From assembly GCF_036588685.1 (NCBI RefSeq), contig NC_086373.1, forward strand, positions 106,640,001-106,704,000: a DNA stretch of 64,000 nt, in the 5' to 3' direction. Each line of letters begins with the position of its first letter. The stretch's first letter is position 1. This stretch comes from Mytilus trossulus. Lineage: Eukaryota. The position numbers were made by a program, and so were the translations under genes. This document shows positions 28,101 through 42,100 of this stretch, piece after piece. The notes under the pieces were generated by a model. It was not told the origin of the DNA and ran no database searches. It saw only the letters and a program-made list of their open reading frames with translations.

Positions 28101-29394
28101 TATATTCATTTTGTTTGTTGGGATGTTTTTTAATGATATTTCTATGTCTATGTGGATATTTTCAGCATGATTATAGTTATCAAAGTTACCAGGCTTATGA
28201 CCTATGACCGAATTAAATATGTCGATAGAATATTCACGGTAGCCACATTTAAATTTCTCACTTGCATCATCACTGAAAAGAGAGTAACTCGTTACAACCA
28301 TACGATCGAAAATGATAGAATTAGCAAGGTTGGTAGAACTGTCAACTATCTATAGGGTAAAACAACATTGTTTGACATGATTCGTACATGTCTACCCCGT
28401 TAATATTGTCATAAACTATAATTGTGAATTGTGTTTACGTTTTCTTGACATATATTCTGAATTGTTATCGTTTTCATTTTATATGAGAAAACTTTTGCAG
28501 TTATATTAGAAAACTATTGCATTCATAACTTTTTTATAATTAAAGCACATCGCTATTATATAACAAAAATATCGCATCCATGTTATAAAATATAGCAGTA
28601 TCATTGAATAAAATGTGATTTTGATTTAGAAAACAATTAAATTCATCGAAATTGCTCTCCACTTATTTTGCTACTTGATATTATTGAATTGTACCTCTAC
28701 AAATGATAAATGGTGCATTAATGTTTCATTAAATCAACATATCGATTTTTTTTTCGTTTTTTAAAATGCAACTTCCTTGTTATCATCTGACACAATCCAT
28801 GAAAGTTATACAGGTAGACGTTTTCCGTGTTAAATATTACCCTGTTTTAAAAATAGTCATGTTTATACCGAAAAATCTCCCTTTCTTCATACAATTGTAA
28901 ACATTCGTCTGATATTTCAAACAATGCAAATAGTTTATTTAAGACAATATCGCTATTTCATATAAGAAACTTTTTTCATCTATTCACTTCTTCCATAGAT
29001 TAATTCTGATCAGTCAGTTTTCGTAGAATCCATTAAATAGTTGATATAGTAAATGCTTTATTTCATCAAAGTGTTATTTTAAATTATTTATTTTACTAAA
29101 CATGATATAAGCCAACTTTGACTTAACAGCCTAAACATTTATGTAAAAATATTTTTCAAACATGTCTTTCCTTAAGTAAGAAGAAAAACGTAAAAAGTGT
29201 TTTTTTTTCATAAGAAAATGTTTATGTTTTATCTATAAAAGGAAATAAAACTATATGTTTTAGTTCTAGAATTATGACGGTATAAGGAAGTGCTATGGTT
29301 CATTTGAATTGTATTAAATGTGAACTTCCTTTATTGTTTTTTTTCTTTTAGAACTAATTATACTCTACAAAGGAATACATATGTGATAATTGCA

Positions 29395-31767
29395 ATGTGG
29401 TTTGAAGTAATTATTTTGTATTTAGTATCTAGTTCCAGTAGTATAATTAGTGCGACGGGAAAGAATTATTCATGTGATACACTGAAGAAGTTCGTTTTTC
29501 CAGAGGAAAATGGCGTCACAAAAGATTGCAACTTCACAATTAATTCAAGTGATATGAAAAATTTTGTTCACAACATATTTATCAGTGATTTCAGGTTGAA
29601 TATCTGGACGTTTACCTTAAAATTTGATAAAAATGTCCCGTTGAAACAGACGACTTGTGCTTTCCGGCCATTGCAGTGGGTATGGACGTTTCCAGGAGAA
29701 TATGGAGCTGTTGAGCGTTTGTCATAGCCAGCAAGCTACAAGATGTGGTCACTAGGAATACTAAATGTTGATCCTAAATCTAAAGGGCAAGTCAGGTTAA
29801 CTATTAATGGCAACTGTTCTGTTAAACTAGGACAACCAGAAACTATTCAGCGAATAGGATTGGCTTTGATAAAAATGACGAACAATTCAGATCTAATCGA
29901 AAAACGCTCTGAGATTGAATACAGCTACTTTTGTTATTCAGAACAGATATGGGTTGACAAGAAATGGTTGTATCACCTTTGTTTACATGTTATTTGTCCT
30001 TTGAATGCGCTGGGCATGAAATGCTGTCGTACTGTGTATCAATATGAAACGCAGAAAAAACGTGTCATGTGTAGCCCAAAGATCATGTCTTTTGGAGACA
30101 TTTGGTGGCAATATCCATTTATCATCGGAATCGTTATCTTTGCCTTTTTTCCAATTATTTTGTTAAAGACAGTAAGCACATTTTCATCCGGCAAAGACGA
30201 AAAAGAGTCTAAATATGGAAGTATACAAAACGAAAACCAAGAAGGGAGCATTCCTAAAGAATGGCTGTTATCAAATCCCATCTCTGTGTGGAATCTTATC
30301 AAGAGAGTGATGACTAACTTCGGGTGTGGACAGAGTCGTTTTAGTTCCAAAATAATCAAGCTAACCTTAGTGTTTCTAAGTCTGAGTGTCCTTGCTGTAG
30401 AAATTATTCAGAGTTACTATTCTGAATATGAATTTGTTGTACAGAGTGTGAGACAAGGTATACCAATGAACTTTGCCTCAGTTTTAGCAGGATTTAAGGA
30501 AAGTAGAGAAAAGTTCTTGTATTATTTTGGTGGGCCCTATATAGCTTTGATCGTGTATGTTTTCTCGCTGTCGTTACTGCTTTGTATTCCTAAAAGATTC
30601 TCAGATATAATCGACAATGGAATTCCGGACAATTCCGGTCTAGCTGTAACACTAATAACACTTGATCTAAAAACTAAAGGCACCCTCGGAGGCATATATG
30701 ATTTACACAAGCAAAAGGAATATAAACGATTTTACAGTCTATTGAAGTCACATTTGTTTTTATTAATAAACCCAGCCACATGGGTTCTAGGTTTCAGGCT
30801 TCAAGCTCAGAGATTCAAAGGATTACTGAATATTTCACGAAGAAAGTCATTTCTAGTGTATATTACATCATTAACTTTATTCCCGTTTTATTTAGTATTT
30901 TGCACTTTGGAATGGTGTATTGTAATTGTCTACTTTGTCTTACCAGTGTTTTCGTTTTTCTTTGTAATAATATGCGGTTTCTGGAAGACACTTACTAATT
31001 ACTGGAGCTCTGGAACCGGAAGAGCAATAATATTTCCGATCCTCGCATTTATTATGTTTTACAATATATACATATTCTCTGTAATATTTTTGGAAAGCTT
31101 CATCTATATGTCTCGAATTTTTATCTTCACTATGACTGGATTTATTGCCTTTCCGAACAAAAGCTACGTTTACCTGGTTCTTACTTTAACAATTACCATG
31201 TACATAGCAGAAACTATTCATTCTGTCCGTAGTGTCTACATGGACTATTTTGTTCGAATATTTTCTATATGCAAAGACATATCTGATAAATGTCAATTTC
31301 CAAAAGTACAGCTGTTTTCGAAATACGGAGATTCTTCTGTGATTTCACGAGAGGTGTTTTATTACGTCATCAATAGGCTTCGACCAATCCGAATTGAAGT
31401 TTGTTTTTCTCTCACGAAAGTGCTTTTGATCATGTGTGTTCTATATTTAGCAGTCTCAATGATCGTAAGTTTTGATTCATTCGATAAAATGGAAAGTGTA
31501 ACTCAAGTTGTTACTGTCTTATTCATCTGCTTAGTTCCAAAGCTGTGTAAGAAACTTTGTTACACAGAAAACAAATTCAAATTAATGAAAGATAACGCAA
31601 AAATAAAAGGATTAATTGAAGACTTTTGTAGGCAAAGACTGTATTCTGGAAAGAATAGGAAATCCGACAAAGTGTTGATACAGAGTGATGAAATATCAAG
31701 CCTTATTTCACCTGTCGAACAGATGGATGACGATAGCAGTGACGAGCTTCTTTTCGAGTCAATGTAA
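29395..31767 (+). pseudogene. Uncharacterised signal-peptide, Cys-rich ectodomain, multi-pass membrane protein (~790 codons) with one in-frame TAG at 29725-29727 (null allele, pseudogene or readthrough)
   Basis: ORFs 29320-29727 and 29743-31767 are in the same frame, separated only by TAG (ERLS*PASYKMWSLGIL). ATG 29395 begins a hydrophobic signal-like segment just after a tttag acceptor at 29351. Many hydrophobic TM-like segments follow downstream. Confidence 0.7.
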
Positions 31768-32744
31768 CATTTAAAAAGCTAAAGAATTAAGATATGACAT
31801 TTCAATTATATTCAGTTTAACGTTGTAGAAGGTCAAAAAAGATGATTAGACCATAAAGTATTTGTAAATATCAATTTTATGTTTTCTGTTCTTTTTTTAA
31901 AAACTTACTAGTATGTTATGAGCATACATAATGAAGGCTACTCTAGAAAACAAATTTATTGCGCACTGAAATCTGTATCTTATCTTTATATTCATTACAA
32001 CATGATTTTTTTAATAGAATATAATGTCATAAGTTGGTTTTTCTATTCTTATATGGTTGACCATTAAAAGCGAGACGAAAGATACCACAAGGGCATTAAA
32101 ACTCAGAAGTCGAAAATAAACAGACAACGCAATGGTAAAAAAGAAAAAAGAGCAAAGCACAAACCATTGTATACAAAACACTACAAGGAAGAAAAACGAC
32201 TGAGCAACACCATCCCAACTCCATGAAAGATTTATGTTTTCGTTCATTGAATTTTCACAAGTACTAGTAAAATTGAGAATGGGAATGGGGAATGTGTCTA
32301 AGAGACAACAACCCGCCCATAGAAAAGACAACAGCAGAAGGTCACCAACAGGTCTTCAATGCAACGAAAAACTCCAGCACCCCAAGCTTCCTTCGTAGTT
32401 CATTTAACTCAATAATATAAGAATATTTACCTCTATGTCTGAAGTGCCAAACAACGAATGAAGGCATAACAAGCTTTGGAACATGCACTATTTGCATTAC
32501 TTAAAACTGTGTTTAAGTCTCATACTACACTAGTATTGACTTTGTGGATTTTAGAAACTTGTACAATATAAAACACAACTTATAGATATCATTCAGATAT
32601 TAGAAGAGAAATGTTCGATTTTTGTCATTAGGTTTATTAGAATGTTAGTGGTTCGATGCTACTGCTGGTGGACGTTTCGTCCCCAAAGGTATCACCAGCC
32701 CTGGAGTCAGCACCTGTGTTGACATGAATTATATGGTAATTCTA

Positions 32745-33510
32745 ATAAATTTCTTGTTGACAAATTTATTTTTTTTTAAACTAAGGATTTTCTTATCACA
32801 GAAATAGATAACCTTAGTCGTATTTGGCACGTTTTGGAATTTTGGGTGCTCAATGCTCTTCAACTTTGTAATTGTTTGGCTTTATAACTACTTTGATCTG
32901 AGCGTCACTGCTGGGTCTTATATAGACGAAACGAGAGTCTGGCGTATTAAATTATGTTCCTGGTACCTTTGATAACTATAAATTACACACCTATCATTTG
33001 TGACTTTGGAATGTGAACTTTTTTAATGTTAGTAAACTGAAGAAGACCTCAAATGTGAAAGAAACAGCCTTTTCAAATAGATATACATGTTTTCACCATG
33101 ACGTCACATAAAACTTGAATTTTTCTATAAATTTTCTTGTTGACAATTTTTTTTTTTTTAAACTAAGGATTTTCTTATCACAGAAATAGATAACCTTAGT
33201 CGTATTTGGCACGTTTTGGAATTTTGGGTGCTCAGTGCTCTTCAACTTTGTAATTGTTTGGCTTTATAACTACTTTGATCTGAGCGTCACTGCTGGGTCT
33301 TATATAGACGAAACGAGAGTCTGGCGTATTAAATTATGTTCCTGGTACCTTTGATAACTATAAATTACACACCTATCATTTGTGACTTTGGAATGTGAAC
33401 TTTTTTAATGTTAGTAAACTGAAGAAGACCTCAAATGTGAAAGAAACAGCCTTTTCAAATAGATATACATGTTTTCACCATGACGTCACATAAAACTTGA
33501 ATTTTTCTAT
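32745..33510 (+). repeat. Near-perfect 382-bp tandem duplication containing two core-mutated hammerhead copies (32902-32945, 33284-33327)
   Basis: The sequence repeats with period 382. In both copies the hammerhead core reads CTGCTGG instead of CTGATGA. Confidence 0.9.
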
Positions 33511-33927
33511 AAATTGAAGATCATTGAAACCATCGAAACACACATCTTGTTCAGTTCATGGAAAATATTTGGAAAAAAACCCACACTGATTCCAACATCA
33601 AAGAAGATATCATCTAAATGTGGACTATTTATTTGTTGATTTTGGCCTTTTTACTTGTTTGATTCAAGTCACTGATGAATCTTTTGAGTCTTTTGTAGAC
33701 AAAATGCAGGTTTCCCAAACAAAATTTTAATTCTGGTATCTCTGATGAGTTTATTTGCTATATTGGTTTGGCTCTCTCTAATTAATTTACAGGATAATAA
33801 CATCATAAACTACTGAAAGATTTGAGTACATTAAACTTACAATATTTTTCAGATCTTTCCAAGTCTTTGTTTCTTGTGTACATTGACATTTTTTTTTTTC
33901 ATGAATATATGCTTTTTTCATGTATTA

Positions 33928-34465
33928 CATCTTTGCTAGTCAAGGATTACGATCCACTCCCGCTCTCTTCACCCTTGGCGGATTGAGATAATATTTTGGA
34001 GACACAAGGTAAGGATTTTTATTGGTTGCAATAGAAACTCGCTGCATCCAATCAAAAAGCGCTTATAACATGATCACGTGTAGATGTAGAAAGTGTTTGT
34101 AAACAGTTGCCACGTGTGAATGGTGCAACAAGTTTTTACATCACTAAACATACGACTATATTTAGTGACAACTTGGATGTTTTTAATCAACTAATAGAAG
34201 TTTCTGTGTATGTTTCATGCACAAATGCATGATTATTGAAGGAAATTTTTGTTTCTGGCTTTACCAAGTAGGTAGAATCTAGACGCTACCGTGTTTTTAC
34301 CTCCAAATTGAAGAGTTCAAGTGCTACCATTGGTCAAGAATAATGTATTAGGAATGACTTTAATCTTCTGATAGATGGCGCAACATTGATATCACAAATG
34401 TTGGCTCAATCTGCCAAGGGTGAAGAGAGCGGGAGTGGACCGTAAACCCTTGGCTAGCGAAGATG
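33928..34465. mobile_element. MITE with ~60-bp imperfect TIRs
   Basis: CATCTTTGCTAGTCAAGGATTACGATCCACTCCCGCTCTCTTCACCCTTGGCGGATTGAG is inverted at the right end. The element is flanked by the direct repeat CATGTAT (possibly a decayed 9-bp TSD). Confidence 0.85.
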
Positions 34466-36174
34466 CATGTATTATTGTAATATCATAAGATGGAAACATT
34501 CTAAGGCTGTAACGAATAGAATCTACCTGATCATCGTTTCAAAATGCAATGAAATAATAACTGAATACAGTAAACATTTATTGCAAATAAGTTGGTAAAA
34601 ACTACCTAACAAAATGGATTTCTTATTATAAAGCAATAAATCAATTTCTTTACAAACTAATATTTTTTTTATATAAATAAATTCATTGAAGTAGATTGCC
34701 ACATGATATCATGAATAATAAAAGTAAAAATCATAGTTACATAATACATATATATATATAAATTAAAAAATTTAAAATTTATATCCATAAAGTTAGCATT
34801 TCATTAAAAATAAACAATTATACATCCTCTATGGGCAACAGTTTGATTTTTTGCTAGATATTTAATAAACAAGTGGTTCTCTGATGGTGGAGGGACTGTC
34901 CAGCAGTCTTTTATACACAAATCTATCAAAATAAACTTAATAATATCATGTTCACTTAGAAAAAAATCCTGTGCCTATCAAAATATTTCTTAAAACAATA
35001 TGACACACTATCCAGTGTAAGATCAAGATATTTACTTTTAACACAACCATAAACATATCATTAGAACTTGATATAAACTTTTTGCCATTTATAAAACAAT
35101 AATTGCGTAGTATTGTTTTTTTTCAAAATGATTTTTTTAATTTAATAACATTTGAAAAATTATGTAGCTGTGTTTTATTATTATTATTTACAATGCAAAG
35201 AGTAAAACTTGCAACACTCCAACAAACAAAATTTCAAAACTTCAGAACCATTATACTATAATTTAAACTTTACTGGTTTTTATCAAGAAGCCTAATTGTT
35301 GATTAAAATGATTCCCTTGAAGCATTCTCAAGCCTTAAATTGATTATGTTTCACATTATTGAGGTATGTTACTATTAAACATATGTGAAATCTATCATAA
35401 TGAACCTGTTAATATTAGTTTCTAACATTGCATAAAAGTCTTCGTTCACATTTTGAACTAATACTAATATTGTGCTCTTTATAGAAATCAGGGGTGGATC
35501 TAGCCATTTGAAAAAGGATAAAGAGTGGGGTGGGGGTCAATCACATTCAAATGCGTTGATTGTCCCAAACAAAAGGGGGGTTCCAACCCCGGAACCCCAC
35601 CTGTATTCGCCACTGGAAACACAATACAGCTTGGGTCAAAAATACAAAACAATATGACACAAGAATAAACACATGATATTATATAGATTTATAAATTCTA
35701 CATTGAAAATATATAAAAGTAGCACCTCTTCTTTATAGTACAAGAAAGATTAAAAAATCATATGAAATTGGTAAACTACAAGAGACAACATCCTATCTAC
35801 ACTCAAAAGCATATACATGGAGTGATGGTTTCTATCATGTATTAAAAAAAAATATGAATAAAAATATTCAGATATGTCTTATTTCAACCTATGTAAATGT
35901 ATTCTTAAATACTCCATATATGAAGAAATGAATATTCTATAGTAAAAATATGTGTAGCTTCACAAAAATGTAAACATTATAAAACTAAAAAATCACAACA
36001 CTAATGATAACTTTTTAAGTCAAATTGTTATATATAATATTATGACAACTATGTGAGAACATTAACTTCGGGATCTCACACACAAATAATATCTATTTTA
36101 TTCAAAATGTAACTATTGCATCAAATGTCTGAGAATCAGATCTATTTTCCATTATATACATCATCTGCCCATGT

Positions 36175-39100
36175 CTAATCCTGGTCAGCCTTTGTTGCAA
36201 AAGACTGTAGAGTGGACAATTCTGATGGCATGTTTGTTAACTGTACCTCTTCTTCCTGGCTATCAGTGTCAGCATCTGAAATACACATTAAATGGTGTAA
36301 ATTTAGGTGAGATTTACAGTTTACCTACATGAATTACATTTCAAGCTGAATATCACATTTTAATGCAATGATTCAGAGATCCTTTATTTAATGTTGATTA
36401 CATGAACTTATTTCTGTACACAAGGTTTCTTTGAATGACAATTTATATACTCATATTTAAATAAAAAAAGTTACATTCCTAACCTGGCATGCTTATAAAT
36501 CAAAAGGGAAAAAGTGACTCAATCTTGCATACATCATTAAATAATTCTGTATCATTGAAAAAACTGCTACCATACAGAATTTGTAAGAGGGGTTAAAGAT
36601 ATGACAGAAAATAAAATATATTTTTCATTATTGCTTAAAGTTTTCATTGTTTTTATATAAAACTACCCATGTATTTTCACAATTGTACTTACGAGCACTG
36701 GAAGCAGTCTTGTGAGAGGGAGCATACAGAGACAGCAGTCCAAAGATGTACACATTCCAAAGACCATACACACCTAAAAAATAAATCAATTAGTCTATCA
36801 ACAGAGTAAATTATTACATAAATATACACAAATTTTATTCTTATGTTTATATACAATTATATACACTTTTTAAGCTGTCATAAAGATGAACAAAACATTA
36901 TTTGTTTTTAATCTTATATTACTTACCTGTAAAGAATGCACTTGAGTATTCCAAATTAAGATTTTCATCTCCCCATTTCCACTGTCCTTCACTCAACTGA
37001 CTGATGATGAAAAAAACTACGGTCAATGCAGCACAGAATAAAGTCAGCAGCATCAGAAACTTAAATCGGAAGATTAGACCCTATAAAAACAACAGTAGGT
37101 GTTAATATTGCTATTTACTTACTTTTACTTTATCTTTCTGTGTGATAATGGTTTTTCCTAGTGCAGTAGAGAGGGAACATGATAACTTTATGAAGCAATG
37201 TCATTGATATTTCCAAGGAAGTGTATCTATGGTCCTTCCAGATTTTGTCCTTGGATAAGACTTTTGTTGAGAAACTACGTTTAATTTCAAAACCATAGAT
37301 ATTTGCTTAAAATACTAATTAAGACAAATAACAGGTTTGATGTATAAAGAACTGTCAAAACAATCTGGGTTTTTTTGTATTGATTTTTCGTTTATTCATG
37401 CACATTTCACAAAATGATTAAATGAAAGATCACAAATATTTATAGGGACTGATTTTCTCAATTTAGCTTAATGTTGCTGTCTCTCCATTATCTCATGATT
37501 AAACATGCACATTTTTATGTAATCACTTTATGAGAAACTGATTTATCCAGAAAGTTTTTTTGTTTTGTATTGAGTAGGTTGATTGATATTTGTAAATAAT
37601 TTTTTGAAGAACAAAACTGTATGCCATATGATAAAGAGTTTATATGCTTAATTTTTATGAAAACTTCTGTTTTTATACTGCCATACCATATAATACTTTT
37701 TCCTCATATGGCTCATGCTTGGTAGGGATGATTTTTTGGCACTGATGTTTCGGAAGACACGGTAAATCATGACACACAAGAACAGGAAGTAGGCTGTGGC
37801 AGCAACAGCAGCTATTATAATAAAAGCCAACTTTTTATGTTAAAGAAAAGAGCTTTGTGATTTAAAATTCATACTCTTTATAGATATTTATAAAAATATA
37901 AGTATGAGTATGAGGGCGAGAGAACTTTGAGACTAATATTTCATCTTAAAAGATTGCATTGTGTTAGCTGACTTGGGCATAACAAGAATGTGTCCATAGT
38001 ACACAGATGCCCCACTCCCACTATCATTTTACATGTTCAGTGGACCATGAAATTGGGGTCAATACTTTAATTTGGCATTAAAATTAAAAAGATCATATCA
38101 TAGGGAACATGTGGACTTAGTTTCAAGTTGATTGGACTTCAACTTCATCAAAAACTACCTTGACCAAAAACTTTAACCAAAACTTTAACCAGATCTTCGC
38201 ACAATCTTTTTCTTTGTTCAGTGGACCGTGAAATTGGGGTAAAAACTTTAATTTGGCAATTAAGTTAGAAAGATCATACCATGCGAAACATGTGTACAAA
38301 GTTTCAAGTTGATTGGACTTCAACTACATCAAAAACAACCTTGACTAAAAACATTAACCTGATGGGTGACTAAATGACTGAGGCACAGACCAGAAAACAT
38401 AATGCCCCTCTACTATCGTAGGTGGGCCATAAAAAAGCTTAAGCAAATTGTTTTTTAATAACAGGACATATCCATCAATATTCTCAATGCTATTTGACAT
38501 AAAACAACAAAAGGATACAGCCAGTTTTGACCCAATTTCACTTGACCATATACTGTAGAATGGATTCTTCAACTGCATTCCTCTGTAAAATAAACACAAT
38601 TGAAGCATGATTTTTTACTACGGTATTCAAAAAATCATATTATGCTTTAAGTAGTTGTAGTGTCAGGAGTTGTTATGATACATTCCCCATTTCCATCCTC
38701 AATTTTATTCAGAAGGTGTTATTGTAGAATTAAAGTACAAAACTATGGTGAAAGTTCAATAACTCCAGTAAAAAATGTCAAATCAAACTAAAAGTATAGT
38801 ATGGTCAAGAGAATATGATGACAAATATTCCTACCACATATGCAAACTTTTTTTATGGTCTCTTTGAGTATTGTTGTGTTTTGAGCAGATGACCAAAAAG
38901 ACATACAAACAAATCCTTATAATATATCTTGAATTTAACAGGTGTTATGGAAAAGTGTTCAAAACAAATACCAATGATGGTAAATTACTGTAAAATGTTT
39001 TTGCATTGCAAAGTCTACAGTACAAGAATTGGCACTTACAAATAATTGATTACAATTTTGTGTGTTTTTAACAATGAGGCGGTAGAAGTAAGTATTTATA

Positions 39101-42100
39101 ATCAAATATGTACCTTTCACACATCTCAAACACAAACAAGCAGACACAACCCACTATTACAGCAGTTAAATGTTTCCAGTACAACTTCAGTCTGTTTCTC
39201 TCTGTCTGGTCCTATAAAACAATGTTAATATACTGATTGAGATATCTCTGTCTGATTCTAAAAGAGAATGTTAATATAACGACTGACATCATCTATATAA
39301 TGTTAATTTGCACTAATTTAATTCATACTTAAAATCAACAGATCATCAATTTCATGCTAGACTAAAATTATCTTTTAGGCAAAAATTAAATATGATAAGA
39401 GAAAATAGTAAACAATCAAGACATTGAATGAATGTACATGTTTATATGCATGATATGTATTGGATGTAGGTCATTGTAGGTCCAGTTTTATAGTTTATTT
39501 GTATTGAAGGTATTAACACATTTGAGAATATTTTTTATATGTACAGATTTATGCATAATGGATGATTAAATCATTTGTATATTGGATGTATGTATAATTG
39601 TATGGATGTTGGATGTATAAACACATTTGTGCGTCTTTTTAATATGTACATGTTTATGCATTTATTCATTCATTCATTTCTTTATTTCCTCTATCAAGAG
39701 ATTCAATGAACAACATATATGTTAACAAATTAAATTACAAAGGTTTACAAAAACAGGCAACAAAATACAATATTACACTATTTACAATAACTAAAGCATA
39801 TTACCAAAAGAAAATTTTAAGACAATTGCTCTCACTAACGACAGCTCATGTACTTAGCAAGCTACTGTATTATCCTTCTCGTTACTCTGCTATACTCAGC
39901 AACACAGAGTGCAACGTGTATGTGGCACAAACTAAGAAAACTGTCAGTGTCGATATTTACTGTTGTTATGTGCTTGCCCAAAAGAATGCAGTATAATTGT
40001 TCATCTTCATATGAATACAGTTCGACAAATAATTGCAATGGAAACCTTTCAATAATGAAATCCCACCATGCATCTCTGATTGATTGAGTACCACAACAAC
40101 TACAACACGCATGTACGTACACATCTAGACGCAAGTGCTTCCCGTGTTGTTAGGGATGTCAGTTAGTAATTTTGTTATGAAGTATGTGTTTACGACTTCT
40201 CTTGATGATGTACATTGGGGGAATGTGAAGTATAAAAATGTGTGTGCATGGGATAAATGTAAAGGTTTGTGTGTATGGGATGTATGTACAGGTATGTGCC
40301 TGTTGTTTATGTCAATTTCTAATGACTTGATCATCCTATTGTGTATAATATCAGCAAAAATGCTTACTAAATGTCTTCAGATCTCATAATAATAGCATCC
40401 TTCATTATTCTATGATGAACTTACCATTATATGTTCTCCAGTAAATATAATCCAGAAAGACAACAACATGGCATAGAACGCTCCCTGTCTGATATCATTC
40501 AGCAGTAGCATGAAGGGAATATTCAACCAAAATGTCAACCATTCAATGGGTACTGAAACATTATAAGCATAAGTAAATGTTAACTACATACTATGTTACA
40601 CACACACACACACAGAAACATATATATGGACTTGACTTTCATGTGATGTAAGGCATTTTAAAGTACACAATCAGAAATACTTCGATGCTATCTTGTGATT
40701 TATGTGTTGAAATGCTTGCATTACAAAGATAACTGACAAGCTTCTTTTTGACAGTGTAAGAAAATCTAAAATGGTAGTTTCTTTAATGTGTAAAATTTTC
40801 AAAGTCCTGAATGTCATACTATCAGAGACACATGCGTATATGTTAAACTATTATTACTGTGTTTGAGTAACTTACAGTTTATATGTTTGAGTTACATACC
40901 TATCTTGCTATTTCAACTTCGCGTTTTCTTAATAAATGAATCTTTATCGTAACAAGAGGCTCTAAAGAGCCAGTGTTGCTAACTTTGGTCTATGTGCACA
41001 TTCAACAAAAGACACAATAGAATTCATGAAATTTATAACAAAAATCTATGTTTTGTTGATATTGTCTTACTATAAGGCATAAAGCCAAAAAAAATCGTAA
41101 TTAAAGGACAATAACTCAAATAAGGAGTTGTCGGACCAGGCGAGCTAAAAATGAGTATGACTTACAGTTTAAGATTGACATTGTTATTCCCAAGGCAAAG
41201 AGTGTTCTGAAAATTTAAAAACATAAATACCTGTTATTATACAGTAAATAAATATACAATTTAAATGTCTTTTATCAATCTACAAATGTACATATGATGG
41301 AATATAATGCATATCAATGTTAACAGTGTTAATCGTCTACAGCTTACTTGTCAGACAGACTTACCATTCAGGGAGCATTTAATGCTATTCCATTACTTTG
41401 TTATGTACAATTAATTAACAGTTCTGACTAACCACATTTGACAAATAAGAAAGAGGTAAAATGTTCCATGTCCTACTGTCCTTGATACAACAGGGAAATC
41501 AATGTGAATTAGCTAAACATCACTATTGGCATGAATGTTTAATGCTCTAACCTCTCTTTATATACAAAATTATGTCATATTTTGCAAAACTTTTCTATGT
41601 AGTTTTTACTTATTTTAAACGCTTCTACATGTAGTAAGTTTTTGAGTCTTCACATGTGTAACTATTGAGATCTTACCTTTCTAGTAAGTTTTGGAGTATA
41701 CATTTGTGTGGCTATAGAGATCTCACCTGTCCAGTAAGTTTTGGGGTCATTGTCAACACATCTGAGACTATTGAGATCTAACCTTTATAGTAAGTTTGGG
41801 GGTCTACACATCTGTGAGTATTGAGATCCTACCTTTCTTGTAAGTTTGGGGGTCTACACATCTGTGACTATTGAGATCTAACCTTTCTAGTAAGTTTGGG
41901 GGTCTACACATCTGTGACTATTGAGATCTAACCTTTCTAGTAAGTTGGGGGTCAACACATCTGTTACTATTGAGATCTAACCTTTCTAGTAAGTTTGGGG
42001 TCTACACATCTGTGACTATTGAGATCTAACCTTTCTAGTAAGTTTGGGGGTCAACACATCTGTGACTATTGAGATCTAACCTTTCTAGTTAGTTTGGGGT

